Shown here in pieces: positions 17,421-26,816 of a stretch of 64,000 bases of DNA. Numbering within the stretch: the stretch's first letter is position 1; the number at the start of each line of letters is the position of its first letter. Under the pieces are notes generated by a model that saw only the letters and a list, made by a program, of their open reading frames with translations, had not been told where the DNA came from and did not search any database. The position numbers were made by a program, and so were the translations under genes. The DNA is from Dehalococcoidia bacterium. Lineage in GTDB: Bacteria > Chloroflexota > Dehalococcoidia > Lucifugimonadales > UBA3495. Location of the stretch: NCBI GenBank assembly GCA_965115825.1, contig OZ220464.1, positions 705,530-769,529 on the forward strand, written 5' to 3'.

Positions 17421-17506
17421 GGGGCACACTCGCTGGGGATTAGGGTAGGCGGGATTTACCATACCGCAGGCGGGGCCGGCAGTCAATGAATAGGGAAAGG
17501 GCTGCT

Positions 17507-18000
17507 TTGTCAGAATCAGGATTTACGGGATTTTGGGATTTACAGGATTGGGGTTGCGCTGTGGGGAGATTGCGGCTGCGTATCAGGTAGTAGGGCGGCG
17601 TTTCTTGTGGTGGGGTATTTGGGAGGGTGTGGTGTTTGTCAGAATCTGGATTTACGGGATTTTGGGATTTACAGGATAGGGGGTTGCGCTGTGGGGAGAT
17701 TGCAGCTGCGTATCAGGTAGGGGGTGGCGTTCTTTTGTGGGGGTATTGGGGAGGGTGTGGTGTTTGTCAGAATCCGGATTTACGGGATTTTGGGATTTAC
17801 AGGATGGGGGGTTGCGCTGTGGGGAGATTGCGGCTGCGTATCAGGTGGTAGGGTGGCGTTCTTTTGTGGGGGTATTGGGGAGGTTGTGGTGTTTGTCAGA
17901 ATCCGGATTTACGGGATTTTGGGATTTACAGGATAGGGGGTTGCGCTGTGGGGAGATTGCAGTCCTGTATCAGGTAGGGGGTGGCGTTTCTTGTAGCGGG
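17507..18000 (+). repeat. Tandem array, 4 x ~128 bp, each unit = 40-nt core + G-run-rich ~88 nt
   Basis: The TTTGTCAGAATC unit starts fall at 17507, 17635, 17763 and 17892 (periods 128, 128, 129). The cores lie at 17509..17548, 17638..17677, 17766..17805 and 17895..17934. The inter-core parts are also conserved between units. Confidence 0.95.
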
Positions 18001-18070
18001 ATGACGGTTAAACTCCGCGAAAATTGGGCGGAAGCGGGCGGTGGAGGTGGTACCAGGGTATTGCGAAGTA

Positions 18071-18079
18071 TGATATAAT
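18071..18079 (+). promoter_or_regulatory. Extended -10 promoter candidate (TGATATAAT)
   Basis: A perfect TGnTATAAT sits about 280 nt upstream of the surface-protein ATG. No other gene lies in between. Confidence 0.45.
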
Positions 18080-18084
18080 GAAGA

Positions 18085-18138
18085 CAGACAGCGCGCGCCA
18101 CAGACAGCGCGCGCCACAGACAGCGCGCGCCACAGACA
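18085..18138 (+). repeat. 16-bp tandem repeat CAGACAGCGCGCGCCA x3.4
   Basis: Exact copies at 18085-18100, 18101-18116 and 18117-18132, plus a partial CAGACA. The array begins about 6 nt downstream of the TATAAT. Confidence 0.95.
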
Positions 18139-18359
18139 AGGAAGGAGGCGCGCGTTGAAGCATCTGTCTAACTGACGGAACCCCCCAGCCGGCCGGCTCG
18201 CTTTGAGCCGATGCCGGCTTGTTGCGTTTCCGTCTGGTAAGCCCTCCATCGTTTCGTCCGGACGCCGGCTTTGCTGGCGCGGGAGGGAATGATGTCGGGG
18301 GCAATTCAACTGACAACCCTTGAATGGCAACCTCAATCTCAGTGAGGAGATTCTGTCAA

Positions 18360-21300
18360 ATGAAAGCGAAAGTGAAGAGATTCAAATGGTCGGCGCCGTG
18401 GGCCGTGGCGGCTTTGGCCGTCGTTGGCGCGCTGGCCCTTTTTGGCGTAGCAGATTTGCCCAACGCTAGCGTCGCCGACGCGCAGGCTGACCGATGTGCG
18501 GACGGTGGAGCGGGGTTCATTACTGCTCCGACTACTGCGCCGGCGGCTCCGACGGTGACGGTGCGCAATATGGCGATGGCAGTGGATATTGCCGCTCCGG
18601 CCAGCAACGCCGATGCGACCGTGCTGGGCAGCCCGGAATATACCGGGTTCGAACTTGAATACCGGAAAGGCAGTTCGGGAGCATGGATGGCCTTTACCGG
18701 CACGATTACACTGAACACGCGGGACCTGTCCGGGGCAGCGCTGATTACCGGGTTGGAGAACGGCGCTACGTACAATGTGCGGGTTCGAGTAACCTGCGGC
18801 CCGGGAACAGGGGAGTGGAGCGCGGCTTCGGGCGATGCGACGCCGGCGGCGGCTGTACCCGGTAAAGTGCGGAATTTGAAGGCGGTGCAAACGTTTTACA
18901 CTAAAGCGGGGGACGCCAGGTTCGCTGCTGACCGGTTCGTCATCAGTGTCGTCTGGGATCCGCCTGCGGATGATGGTGGGAGCCCGGTTACCAGCTACAA
19001 GTTTGAGACGTTCACAGGCGGAACGGGAAATAACATCGCAACCAGTCCTACCAAGTACAATGCCCTCTCCTCCAATACATGGAAGAACGCGAGTGCCGCC
19101 GAGAGGGGGGGTGATATCACAGATGCGGGATTTAATGTCTCCGGCGGTGTTTTTGCCACTAATTTGTGGATGAGGTTCAAGGTCGCGGCGAACAATGCCG
19201 TAGGAACCGGCGCCGAGGATATGGTCGACCTCCGGCTCAGCGCCGATTTGGAACAGAAGGTAGAACCCACAACCGAGGAATCCACGAACGCCACGATTGT
19301 GTCGGACAGCACTACGTCAGGGGCAGCACCTAAGCTTACGGTGAAGCTGACTAATATGTATGGTGGCTTGCCGGTGGGGGCCAGCGTGGTGCTGTTTTTG
19401 GAAGACGACTTCCAGGTTCCGGAGTCCATTCCGGCCGGTTCGGTATATTTCGTGGCCAACTCACCCCGCACCACCGACACTGGCAACGGCGCGCCGGTGT
19501 TCGTCACGGAGCCGCCGGAGATTGAGACCGACGACTACTTTGACGACGACAAGGATGACATCAGTATCCGGGTTCGCCTCCCCGATATGTGCACGGGAGA
19601 TTCGGATGCCTGTGAAGGCCCCAATGGTCTCCAGGGTGGGCAACGCCTGACCATGGTTATCCTGAGCAGCTCGGGGATCAGGAACCCGTCCGAAGCGGGG
19701 CAACACACGGTAGCCTACACTTTGCTGGGCTTTAACGATGATGTCCCCGGCACGATAGGGCTGACCGGGGGGCGGATACCGCGGATTAGGGATGCCAATG
19801 GCATGGAACGCAGCGCCGCCAGCATTGCTCCCAAGCTGCCACCCCGGAAAGGCGTGTACCTGGCCACCCTGGCGAAAATCTCGCTGTCGGATGTGGACGG
19901 TGAGCGGGGAGACGAGGTGACGGTGACCGCCAGCGGGTTGAACAACGGCGTCACCGCCAGCGCTTACGTGGGGCAGCGTATGGCGGCCCGCTACGCTGTG
20001 GCCAAATGGTGGGAGACGCTGGACTGCGACAAGATGAAGGCCGCTATGGGGCCGGGAGCTGGCCAGGAGTTCTGCTTCCACTACACGCTGGATACCGCCG
20101 CGATGACCTACACGGTGGCTGCGAAGGACAAGGCGTCCAGCGATAAGGTGTTCACGCGGCATCTGTGCGAAGTTGGCCTCGTGCGCAACGGCACCTACGT
20201 CGGCAGCGCCATTGTGGGCAACGACGACAAGGCAGCGATTACCTTTGAGGTTACAGTACCGACGTTCAAGCCGGGCAGCGACAACCTCATTTGCGTGTCC
20301 GATGGCGAGGGCCGCTCGTCGGGCGGGGACTATGAAGACTTTGAGCTGACGCCGTCCATCAGGGTGTCGCCGGCTGAAGCGCGGGCTGGGAATACGATAA
20401 CTGTCTTTGCCCAGGACTTCCCCACTCAGGGAGCGGGGTTTATGGAGCTGAAGCTGGCCGGCGAGGTGTTCACGGGCGACGTAACCGCCACCAGCATCAG
20501 CCAAGACGGTTCGGCGACGGCGACGTTCGAACTGCCGCCGAGCGTGGATGATGTTGTACTGCGCGGCACGGTGCGGGTGGATGCGAAGTGGGGCAATAAG
20601 TCGGAGGACGCGAAGATTACGATGGTGCCTACGGAGCTGAATGTCAGCCAGCCGCAAGCCAAGCCTAACGAGATGGTTACGATGACCTGCGTGGGCTTCG
20701 GCTCCGGTTCCGGCAACGCCATAATGGCGGAGAACATTACCCTGGACGAAGTGCCATTGAAGGTGCATTCGGACTCGCTGAACAGCGACGGGGAAGTTCC
20801 CGTGTCCAGCGCTGGGCGGTGCGTCTTCGCCGTGGCAATTTGGCCGGAGTCTGACGGCGGCGCCAACCCGGCTTTGACGCCGGGCGCGCATACCATCAAG
20901 GTCGTGGACCAGAACGGCTACACCGGCAGCGTGGTTATTACCATACCGGAGCCGGCCGTGAAGGTTACGCCGGCCGTGGCCGGGCCTCGGGATGTGGTTA
21001 CCATCTCCGGGGAGAACTGGCCCGTGGACAACCCGGACAGCACTCGGCTGGATGCCATTACCATCACCGTCACCGATGGTGAGCGGGAGCGGGAATACAG
21101 CCAGTACGCCGACGGAACCGGACGCTGGTTCGTTGAGCATCAGGTGAGCGGTGCGGTGAGCATTCCCTCCACCAGCCGGATTGAGGCCAAGTACAGCGAT
21201 TTGGTTCGGCTGGGTGAGTACGCCGTGCCGGCATCCATCATCACGATTGAGCCTGAGGAGTGTCAGCCGGGGGACAGCGTGATGCTGACTGCATCCCGGC

Positions 21301-21773
21301 TGCCGGTGCACTCCCGCATCGACCGGGTGGAAATCGGCGGGCGCGATGTGAAGCCCACTGGTGCGCCCAGCACCGACGGCGACGGCGCCGTTACCGTGGC
21401 GGGCGTCGTCTGTCCGGGTCTGGATGAAGGCCGGTACAGCGTGCTGCTGGAAGTTGAAGAGACCGTGGCCATCGGCGAGCTGGAAATCCTGTCTGAGGGC
21501 CCCTTGGGGCAAGAGACGCCGGTAGCCGAGGCATTGGCCCCGCTGGGGGACAGCCTGGCGGCGGTGTTCTACTTTGATGGCATCGGCAAGGAGTGGCTGT
21601 TTTACGACAGCCGTCCGGAGTTCGCCGAGCTGAACACGTTGACGGAGCTGGTGGCGGGTGAACCCTACTGGGTTCTGGTAACCGAGGACGTTGAGGACGT
21701 GGCCCTCGGCGGCAAGAGCCGCAGCCTGACGTGCAGCGCCGGCGGCAACTGCTGGAACCTGATGGTCTGGTAG
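18360..21773 (+). CDS. Large secreted surface protein with Fn3 and IPT/TIG-like Ig-fold repeats
   Basis: A GAGGAG RBS precedes ATG 18360. There is a signal peptide (MKAKVKRFKWSAPWAVAALAVVGALALFGVADLPNASVADA). Fn3 signatures are present (GLENGATYNVRVRV, VVWDPPADDGGSPVTSYKFE), followed by repeated beta-sandwich modules. Confidence 0.75.
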   Translation: MKAKVKRFKWSAPWAVAALAVVGALALFGVADLPNASVADAQADRCADGGAGFITAPTTAPAAPTVTVRNMAMAVDIAAPASNADATVLGSPEYTGFELEYRKGSSGAWMAFTGTITLNTRDLSGAALITGLENGATYNVRVRVTCGPGTGEWSAASGDATPAAAVPGKVRNLKAVQTFYTKAGDARFAADRFVISVVWDPPADDGGSPVTSYKFETFTGGTGNNIATSPTKYNALSSNTWKNASAAERGGDITDAGFNVSGGVFATNLWMRFKVAANNAVGTGAEDMVDLRLSADLEQKVEPTTEESTNATIVSDSTTSGAAPKLTVKLTNMYGGLPVGASVVLFLEDDFQVPESIPAGSVYFVANSPRTTDTGNGAPVFVTEPPEIETDDYFDDDKDDISIRVRLPDMCTGDSDACEGPNGLQGGQRLTMVILSSSGIRNPSEAGQHTVAYTLLGFNDDVPGTIGLTGGRIPRIRDANGMERSAASIAPKLPPRKGVYLATLAKISLSDVDGERGDEVTVTASGLNNGVTASAYVGQRMAARYAVAKWWETLDCDKMKAAMGPGAGQEFCFHYTLDTAAMTYTVAAKDKASSDKVFTRHLCEVGLVRNGTYVGSAIVGNDDKAAITFEVTVPTFKPGSDNLICVSDGEGRSSGGDYEDFELTPSIRVSPAEARAGNTITVFAQDFPTQGAGFMELKLAGEVFTGDVTATSISQDGSATATFELPPSVDDVVLRGTVRVDAKWGNKSEDAKITMVPTELNVSQPQAKPNEMVTMTCVGFGSGSGNAIMAENITLDEVPLKVHSDSLNSDGEVPVSSAGRCVFAVAIWPESDGGANPALTPGAHTIKVVDQNGYTGSVVITIPEPAVKVTPAVAGPRDVVTISGENWPVDNPDSTRLDAITITVTDGEREREYSQYADGTGRWFVEHQVSGAVSIPSTSRIEAKYSDLVRLGEYAVPASIITIEPEECQPGDSVMLTASRLPVHSRIDRVEIGGRDVKPTGAPSTDGDGAVTVAGVVCPGLDEGRYSVLLEVEETVAIGELEILSEGPLGQETPVAEALAPLGDSLAAVFYFDGIGKEWLFYDSRPEFAELNTLTELVAGEPYWVLVTEDVEDVALGGKSRSLTCSAGGNCWNLMVW

Positions 21774-21822
21774 AGGCCGGCGGCAAACCGCTGCGCTTAC
21801 CCGATGGTTGGGAAAGCGGCGA

Positions 21823-21862
21823 CGGCAGGGGCGGGTCTGCGGGCCTGCCCCTGCCGCTTTTA
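21823..21862 (+). terminator. Candidate intrinsic terminator after the surface-protein gene
   Basis: Stem CGGCAGGGGC / GCCCCTGCCG (21823-21832 / 21847-21856), followed by CTTTTA. Confidence 0.5.
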
Positions 21863-22201
21863 CGGTACAAGGACGCCGCCTCTCCCGGTTATGCTTCTAT
21901 ATCGGAATGGTAAGCACGGAAGCCCCGAGGCGCTTGCAAAACGCTCTTTTCCGCCGCTTGCATCTCAACGGTACACGACGTCCGATGCTCTGCTGTGCAG
22001 CAATCATCGGCTTGACCCGTCTTGCCCGATGATTGCCACGCCGTTTTGCAAGCGCCTCTCATTGTAGGATCGTGCAAAAATAAGCAACGCCCAAGGCGGG
22101 CAGCAATCAGGAGACGAATTCCGCCGCCTATGGTTGCGCCACGTAAATCGTGTAGACTGTCGCCAAAGAACAGCTTTCAATCGAAACCAAAAGGAGAAAC
22201 C

Positions 22202-22816
22202 ATGGGCAAAAAGTCACGGCGCCCCGGACGCCGCAACCGTGACACCAAAGGCGGAGCATTCGGCAGCAATGCGAATATCAGCAGACGCAGGGAATGCCAG
22301 CATCCTGAATACTTCGGCAATCCGGAACGCTGTTGCATTTGCGGCGGAGTAGTAGCCACTTGCGCCTGCGACTACCAGAAGGCAATGGCACATCTGGAAA
22401 CCTGCCACTCTGGTATCCCAATACCAGCGGTATCTGAAGCCGCATCAGTTCGTCAAACCGCAACCGGAGAGCCGTGCCCAAACGGGCACCCGGAGCAGGC
22501 GCAAGCGTGGATGCTCCACAGAACACCGCCGACGCGATGTGAAAGATGCGGCGAAACACCTACGTTCGGAGGGTACGCAATGAGCGCCAGCTTCGCTCCG
22601 GAAGCCAACTACGGACTACCGGAACACGCGACCAGGCAGTGGGTTGAGGAACATTCCGAACCTGACGAATTTGGCGCCGTGCCGATACCGGCCAGCTACG
22701 GGGACGGCCTATTTACCCATGCCACCTACGAGCCGGATTGCGACCACTTCAGGGAAGACTGTAATTGCGCAACAGACGTCTCCGTAATGTGGACGCTGGC
22801 AGAGTACAGCGGATAG
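22202..22816 (+). CDS. Cys-rich hypothetical protein (orphan)
   Basis: AAAGGAGAAACC precedes ATG 22202. The protein is 204 aa with a basic N-terminus and about 14 Cys in CxxC / CxC-like clusters (CCICGGVVATCAC, CERCGE, CDHFREDCNC). It lies in an AT-richer islet. Confidence 0.5.
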   Translation: MGKKSRRPGRRNRDTKGGAFGSNANISRRRECQHPEYFGNPERCCICGGVVATCACDYQKAMAHLETCHSGIPIPAVSEAASVRQTATGEPCPNGHPEQAQAWMLHRTPPTRCERCGETPTFGGYAMSASFAPEANYGLPEHATRQWVEEHSEPDEFGAVPIPASYGDGLFTHATYEPDCDHFREDCNCATDVSVMWTLAEYSG

Positions 22817-22828
22817 GCACAAAGCCGA

Positions 22829-23806
22829 CTACGCTACCCGCAGCATCCCGTTTAGAGCAGCCTTCGGTCCACGCCGTGTCATCCGCGCCAGCGCCATGGC
22901 GACGAACATAACCACCGCCAACAGGAAATGAAGGCTTACCCTTGCCTCGCCCCGGCAGGTGTGGTTCTCAACCCACCCGCTTTCAAACCACCAACTGAAG
23001 AACCGCTCTACTGCCCAGCGCTTCGGATAAATACGATTCCAGTCTGGCGATGCACGGCTGATGCGCCCGCCCAAAGTGTAGGGATCATCGTCAAAGGACT
23101 CCCATACCTCATCGTCACAAACCGAGTACCCTTTGAACGGCTCCCGCCGGCGATGGCAGCCGCCTGCGAGGCAACGGAACCCGTGTAACCCAGCCGACAA
23201 ATCGGTGCCTATGAACTTCATTGCTTTTCCGCCCAGGCAAACCGGCTCGCCATTCAGAGTATGGATGTTTGACTTGGAACGATTGCGCCGGGCGATGCGT
23301 GGTATGACTGGCGCCGCGCCCAAATCGTGGATTGCCTTAACGTTCTCCCGACCTTCTTAGCCGATAAAGGCTACGACGGTCGCAGGTTCAAACCAATCGT
23401 AGTTCTCCTTGCACCATGAAAGCAGCTTACGGAGAAAAGGCGAGTCGTTCTCGTTTGCTGGCGAAACATCGCAGGCTATCGGCAACCCAGTGTGAGCATC
23501 CACTACGGCATGGACCTTCCAGCCATAGATCCAGACCGTCCCGTCGGGTTCCTTGGAACGCGGGTCGTGAACCTTGCCCCAGGCAGCTCCCTGGTCCCGC
23601 GTCTTATCGTTATGCGGTGTGCGCAGCGCTCGGGTAGGTATCCGTAAATCTTGAAGTGCGCCGTAATGTGATGTTTCCGGCGAAGTGTTCGCCTTTGTGG
23701 CACCCTGCGGTGAAGCATGGGCCGAAGAGCTTACAACCTGTAAGCCGTTTTGGCCTCTGATGCCGGCCTGCTGGCCCGCCGAGGCATGATCAGCGAGATG
23801 GCCATC
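22829..23806 (-). pseudogene. Decayed DDE transposase (IS4/IS5-like, DDE_Tnp_1 type)
   Basis: A single minus-strand frame reads ...DGTVWIYGWKVHAVVDAHTGLPIACDVSPANENDSPFLRKLL...FEPATVVAFIG-stop-EGRENVKAIHDLGAAPVIP...YPKRWAVERFF.... There is no start codon. A TAA stop at 23357..23359 sits where the ADxGYD motif should be. Confidence 0.75.
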
Positions 23807-23991
23807 TCACTGAATAGCGCGACGATATTGGCGCAGGTTGTGTAGTATAGACTACCTACGCCAAAAAGAATAAGGTGCGATTACGTAATTCGTCACGTAG
23901 CTGGAGCTTTTCTGCAATCGGCTGATGGAATCGCGAGTAGCGAAATCGCCTCGGCTACTAGCGCCAATCGTATCAAACGCACACGGATGAT

Positions 23992-24573
23992 ATGATGACA
24001 ACCGTTGTCCCCCTCCGCAAAAACCGGCCCTGGCTGTGGATAGCCGGCATCGTAGCGGCGTTGGCCGTCCTGGCGGTAGCGTTCTACATACTCACAACCC
24101 CCGACACGCCCAGCCAGGCAGGAGAACGGTACATTGAAGACCACTACGACGCGCTGGCCGAAGCCGCTGTCAAGGCTGCCCTCCTCGACATCCCAATCAT
24201 GGCCGAGATTCTCGCCGAAGTTGTCGAGTCCGCCGCAGAGCGTATCGTTCCGTACACTTGCCGCGCCCCGGAAGCCGGCGATCTGACCGAAATTGACGTG
24301 CGCTGCACCTTGTTGTTCGGCGCTGACGCGCCGCTCAACCTCAAGATTATCGCCCCATTCACGCTCACTATCGACCTGACCGGCAGCGATATGTTCGGCA
24401 GAACCGTGCCGGACGTAACCGGCGCCGATCTAATTAAGTCTGAGGTAGAAGTAAGCGGCCTGAACCTGGAACATCTGCGTCAGGTGAGAGACGCGCTCGT
24501 TGACCAAGCCGGAGACGCCTTGGACCAGATCCAGCAAACCGGCGACGGCATCAAAAACCTCCTCGACCGCTGA
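23992..24573 (+). CDS. Hypothetical membrane-anchored protein
   Basis: 193 aa. It has one N-terminal TM segment (WLWIAGIVAALAVLAVAFYIL) and an acidic soluble domain. I recognise no family. Confidence 0.45.
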   Translation: MMTTVVPLRKNRPWLWIAGIVAALAVLAVAFYILTTPDTPSQAGERYIEDHYDALAEAAVKAALLDIPIMAEILAEVVESAAERIVPYTCRAPEAGDLTEIDVRCTLLFGADAPLNLKIIAPFTLTIDLTGSDMFGRTVPDVTGADLIKSEVEVSGLNLEHLRQVRDALVDQAGDALDQIQQTGDGIKNLLDR

Positions 24574-24595
24574 GGGCGCTGCCACGGAGAAAAAC

Positions 24596-25510
24596 TTGAC
24601 GACGGTAACAGTACTCGCCCCCGCCACCACCGCTAACCTCGGCCCCGGCTACGACTGCCTAGGCATGGCGCTGGACTTGTGGAATCGCCTTACCGTAACC
24701 ACCGAGCCGGACGGCGGGATCCCCTCAGTTCAGGTCGCCGGCGAGGGTAGGGGTGAACTCTCCGCCGACACCGAGAACCTCACTTACCGGGCCATGGCGT
24801 TCCTCTACGCTGAGGCCGACGCTGCAATGCCGCCGCTGGGATTGCAGTGCCACAACGTCATCCCGCTGAGCCGAGGCTTGGGCAGCAGCGCCGCCGCCAT
24901 CTCCGCCGGATTGGTCGCCGCCAACGCCTTGCTGGACAACCCCTTTACCGTTAACGACCTGCTGGAAATGGCGGCAACCATTGAGGGACACCCTGACAAC
25001 GTAGCCGCGGCGGTACACGGCGGTCTCCGCTTGGTGGTAATGGACGACGACCAACTCTATACTGCGCCCATCGCCGTGCCAGATGACTTGCAGGCCGTGC
25101 TGTTCATACCGGAACTCCGCATTACTACCGCGGACGCCCGCCGGGTTCTGCCCCCTGCGGTTTCCGTCGCCGATGCGGTGTACAATATGAGCCGCGCCGC
25201 CCTGCTGGTAGCCGGTATGCAGTCCAACCGCCCGGAGTATTTCGGCATCGCCACGCAGGACAAACTGCACCAACCCTATCGACAAACTATATTCCCGCCT
25301 ATGAAAGTCATTTTCGCCGCCGCCCGCGCCGCCGGCTCTCTGGGCGTGTTCCTCTCCGGCAGCGGCAGCACAATTTTGGCGCTGACCCAAGAGCGAGCCA
25401 TGACCGTCGCCTACGAAATGTTCGACGCCGCCCGGCTGGCCGGCGTGGAGGGCCGCGTCGAAATCACTAGACCCGCCTCCCTCGGCGCCCACGTCATAAC
25501 CGCTGCCTGA
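24596..25510 (+). CDS. thrB: Homoserine kinase
   Basis: GHMP kinase motifs ATTANLGPGYDCLG and IPLSRGLGSSAAA. The start is probably TTG 24596 (after GGAGA), not 24500, which would overlap the preceding gene. Confidence 0.85.
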   Translation: MTTVTVLAPATTANLGPGYDCLGMALDLWNRLTVTTEPDGGIPSVQVAGEGRGELSADTENLTYRAMAFLYAEADAAMPPLGLQCHNVIPLSRGLGSSAAAISAGLVAANALLDNPFTVNDLLEMAATIEGHPDNVAAAVHGGLRLVVMDDDQLYTAPIAVPDDLQAVLFIPELRITTADARRVLPPAVSVADAVYNMSRAALLVAGMQSNRPEYFGIATQDKLHQPYRQTIFPPMKVIFAAARAAGSLGVFLSGSGSTILALTQERAMTVAYEMFDAARLAGVEGRVEITRPASLGAHVITAA

Positions 25511-25554
25511 ACCCGTCATCGTCGCCCCGCGCCGGCGGAAACCTCACTTCCAAA

Positions 25555-26799
25555 ATGGCCCTTTACGTCCACAAATACGGCGGCAGCTCGGTCGCCGACG
25601 CCGATAAAATCGTCAACGTCGCCCGCCGCATCGCCGGCGTGTACGACGCCGGCAACCAGGTCATAACCGTCGTTTCCGCCATGGGCGACACCACCGACCG
25701 GCTCATCGACTTGGCCCGCACCGTGTCCGGCGAACCCGACCCCAGAGAGCTTGACCTCCTGCTTTCCACCGGAGAGCTGGTATCCATTACCCTGCTGTCC
25801 ATGGCCCTACGCAATCTCGGCTACGACGCCATCAGCCTGAGTGGGCCGCAGGCCGGCATCCGCACCGACAACGCCTATGGCCGGGCCCGCATCAGCCAGG
25901 TCGACCCGACCCGCCTCCGCCAGGAACTCGCCAACGGCCGCCTGGTCATCGTCGCCGGTTTCCAGGGCCTGACGCCCGACGCCGACATCACTACCCTAGG
26001 ACGCGGCGGCTCCGACACCACCGCCGTCGCCCTCGCCGCTGCCCTCAACGCCGACCGCTGCGACATCTATACCGACGTGGAGGGCATCTATACCGCCGAT
26101 CCCCGAGTCGTTCCCACAGCCGCCAAGCTGCCCCGGGTCGGCTACGACGAAATGCTCGAGCTGGCAGCCGCCGGCGCCAAGATGCACCCGCGTTCCATCG
26201 AGCTCGGCGCAGTTTATAATGTCCCTATCTACGTAGCCTCCAGCTTTGCCGACGCCGACGGCACCCTGATCCACGCGCCACCATGCAACACGCAATCGGA
26301 CGATAACCAAATGGAAGACCGCATCAAAGTTACCGGCATCGCTTACCAGGCCAACGTCGCCAAAGTAACCGTCTGCGGCGTTGCCGACCGGCCCGGCGTT
26401 GCTGCCGCCCTGTTCGAGCCGTTGGCTTCCGCCGGCGTCAGCGTGGACACCATCGTGCAGAACACCGGCGCCGACCGCACCACCACCGACATCAGCTTTA
26501 CGGTTGCTTCCGCCGACCTGCCCCGGGCCCTCCGCGAAATGGCCGGTTTGCAGGATGTCCTGGGCGCTCAGCAGGTAATCAACGATCCGACCCTCGCCTC
26601 AGTGAGCATCGTCGGCTCCGGTATGCAGAACACGCCGGGCTACGCCTCCCGGATGTTTCGCATCCTCGCCGACGGCGGCATCAACATTGACATGATAACC
26701 ACCTCGGAAATCCGCATCTCCTGCATCATCAGCCAGGCCCACGCCCACGATGCCGTCCGTCTGCTCCACCGGGGCTTTGCGCTGGACGACGACGGTTAG
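25555..26799 (+). CDS. lysC: Aspartate kinase with C-terminal ACT domains
   Basis: Motifs LYVHKYGGSSV, TLGRGGSDTTA and DIYTDVEGIYTADPR. The C-terminus has tandem ACT-like regions. Confidence 0.9.
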   Translation: MALYVHKYGGSSVADADKIVNVARRIAGVYDAGNQVITVVSAMGDTTDRLIDLARTVSGEPDPRELDLLLSTGELVSITLLSMALRNLGYDAISLSGPQAGIRTDNAYGRARISQVDPTRLRQELANGRLVIVAGFQGLTPDADITTLGRGGSDTTAVALAAALNADRCDIYTDVEGIYTADPRVVPTAAKLPRVGYDEMLELAAAGAKMHPRSIELGAVYNVPIYVASSFADADGTLIHAPPCNTQSDDNQMEDRIKVTGIAYQANVAKVTVCGVADRPGVAAALFEPLASAGVSVDTIVQNTGADRTTTDISFTVASADLPRALREMAGLQDVLGAQQVINDPTLASVSIVGSGMQNTPGYASRMFRILADGGINIDMITTSEIRISCIISQAHAHDAVRLLHRGFALDDDG

Positions 26800-26816
26800 G
26801 TTCTCCCGGCAGGGCC

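Noticed and set aside
17507-18000. CRISPR array interpretation of the 128-bp periodic repeats
   Set aside because: The would-be spacers are themselves about 90 percent conserved between units. The period (128 bp) and the repeat length do not fit CRISPR. There are no cas genes in the window.
19461-21512. 683-aa minus-strand ORF, one of the longest in the track
   Set aside because: It is antisense to the Fn3/IPT surface-protein gene. Its composition is Arg/His/Gly/Pro-rich with no motifs, which is the typical high-GC antisense artefact.
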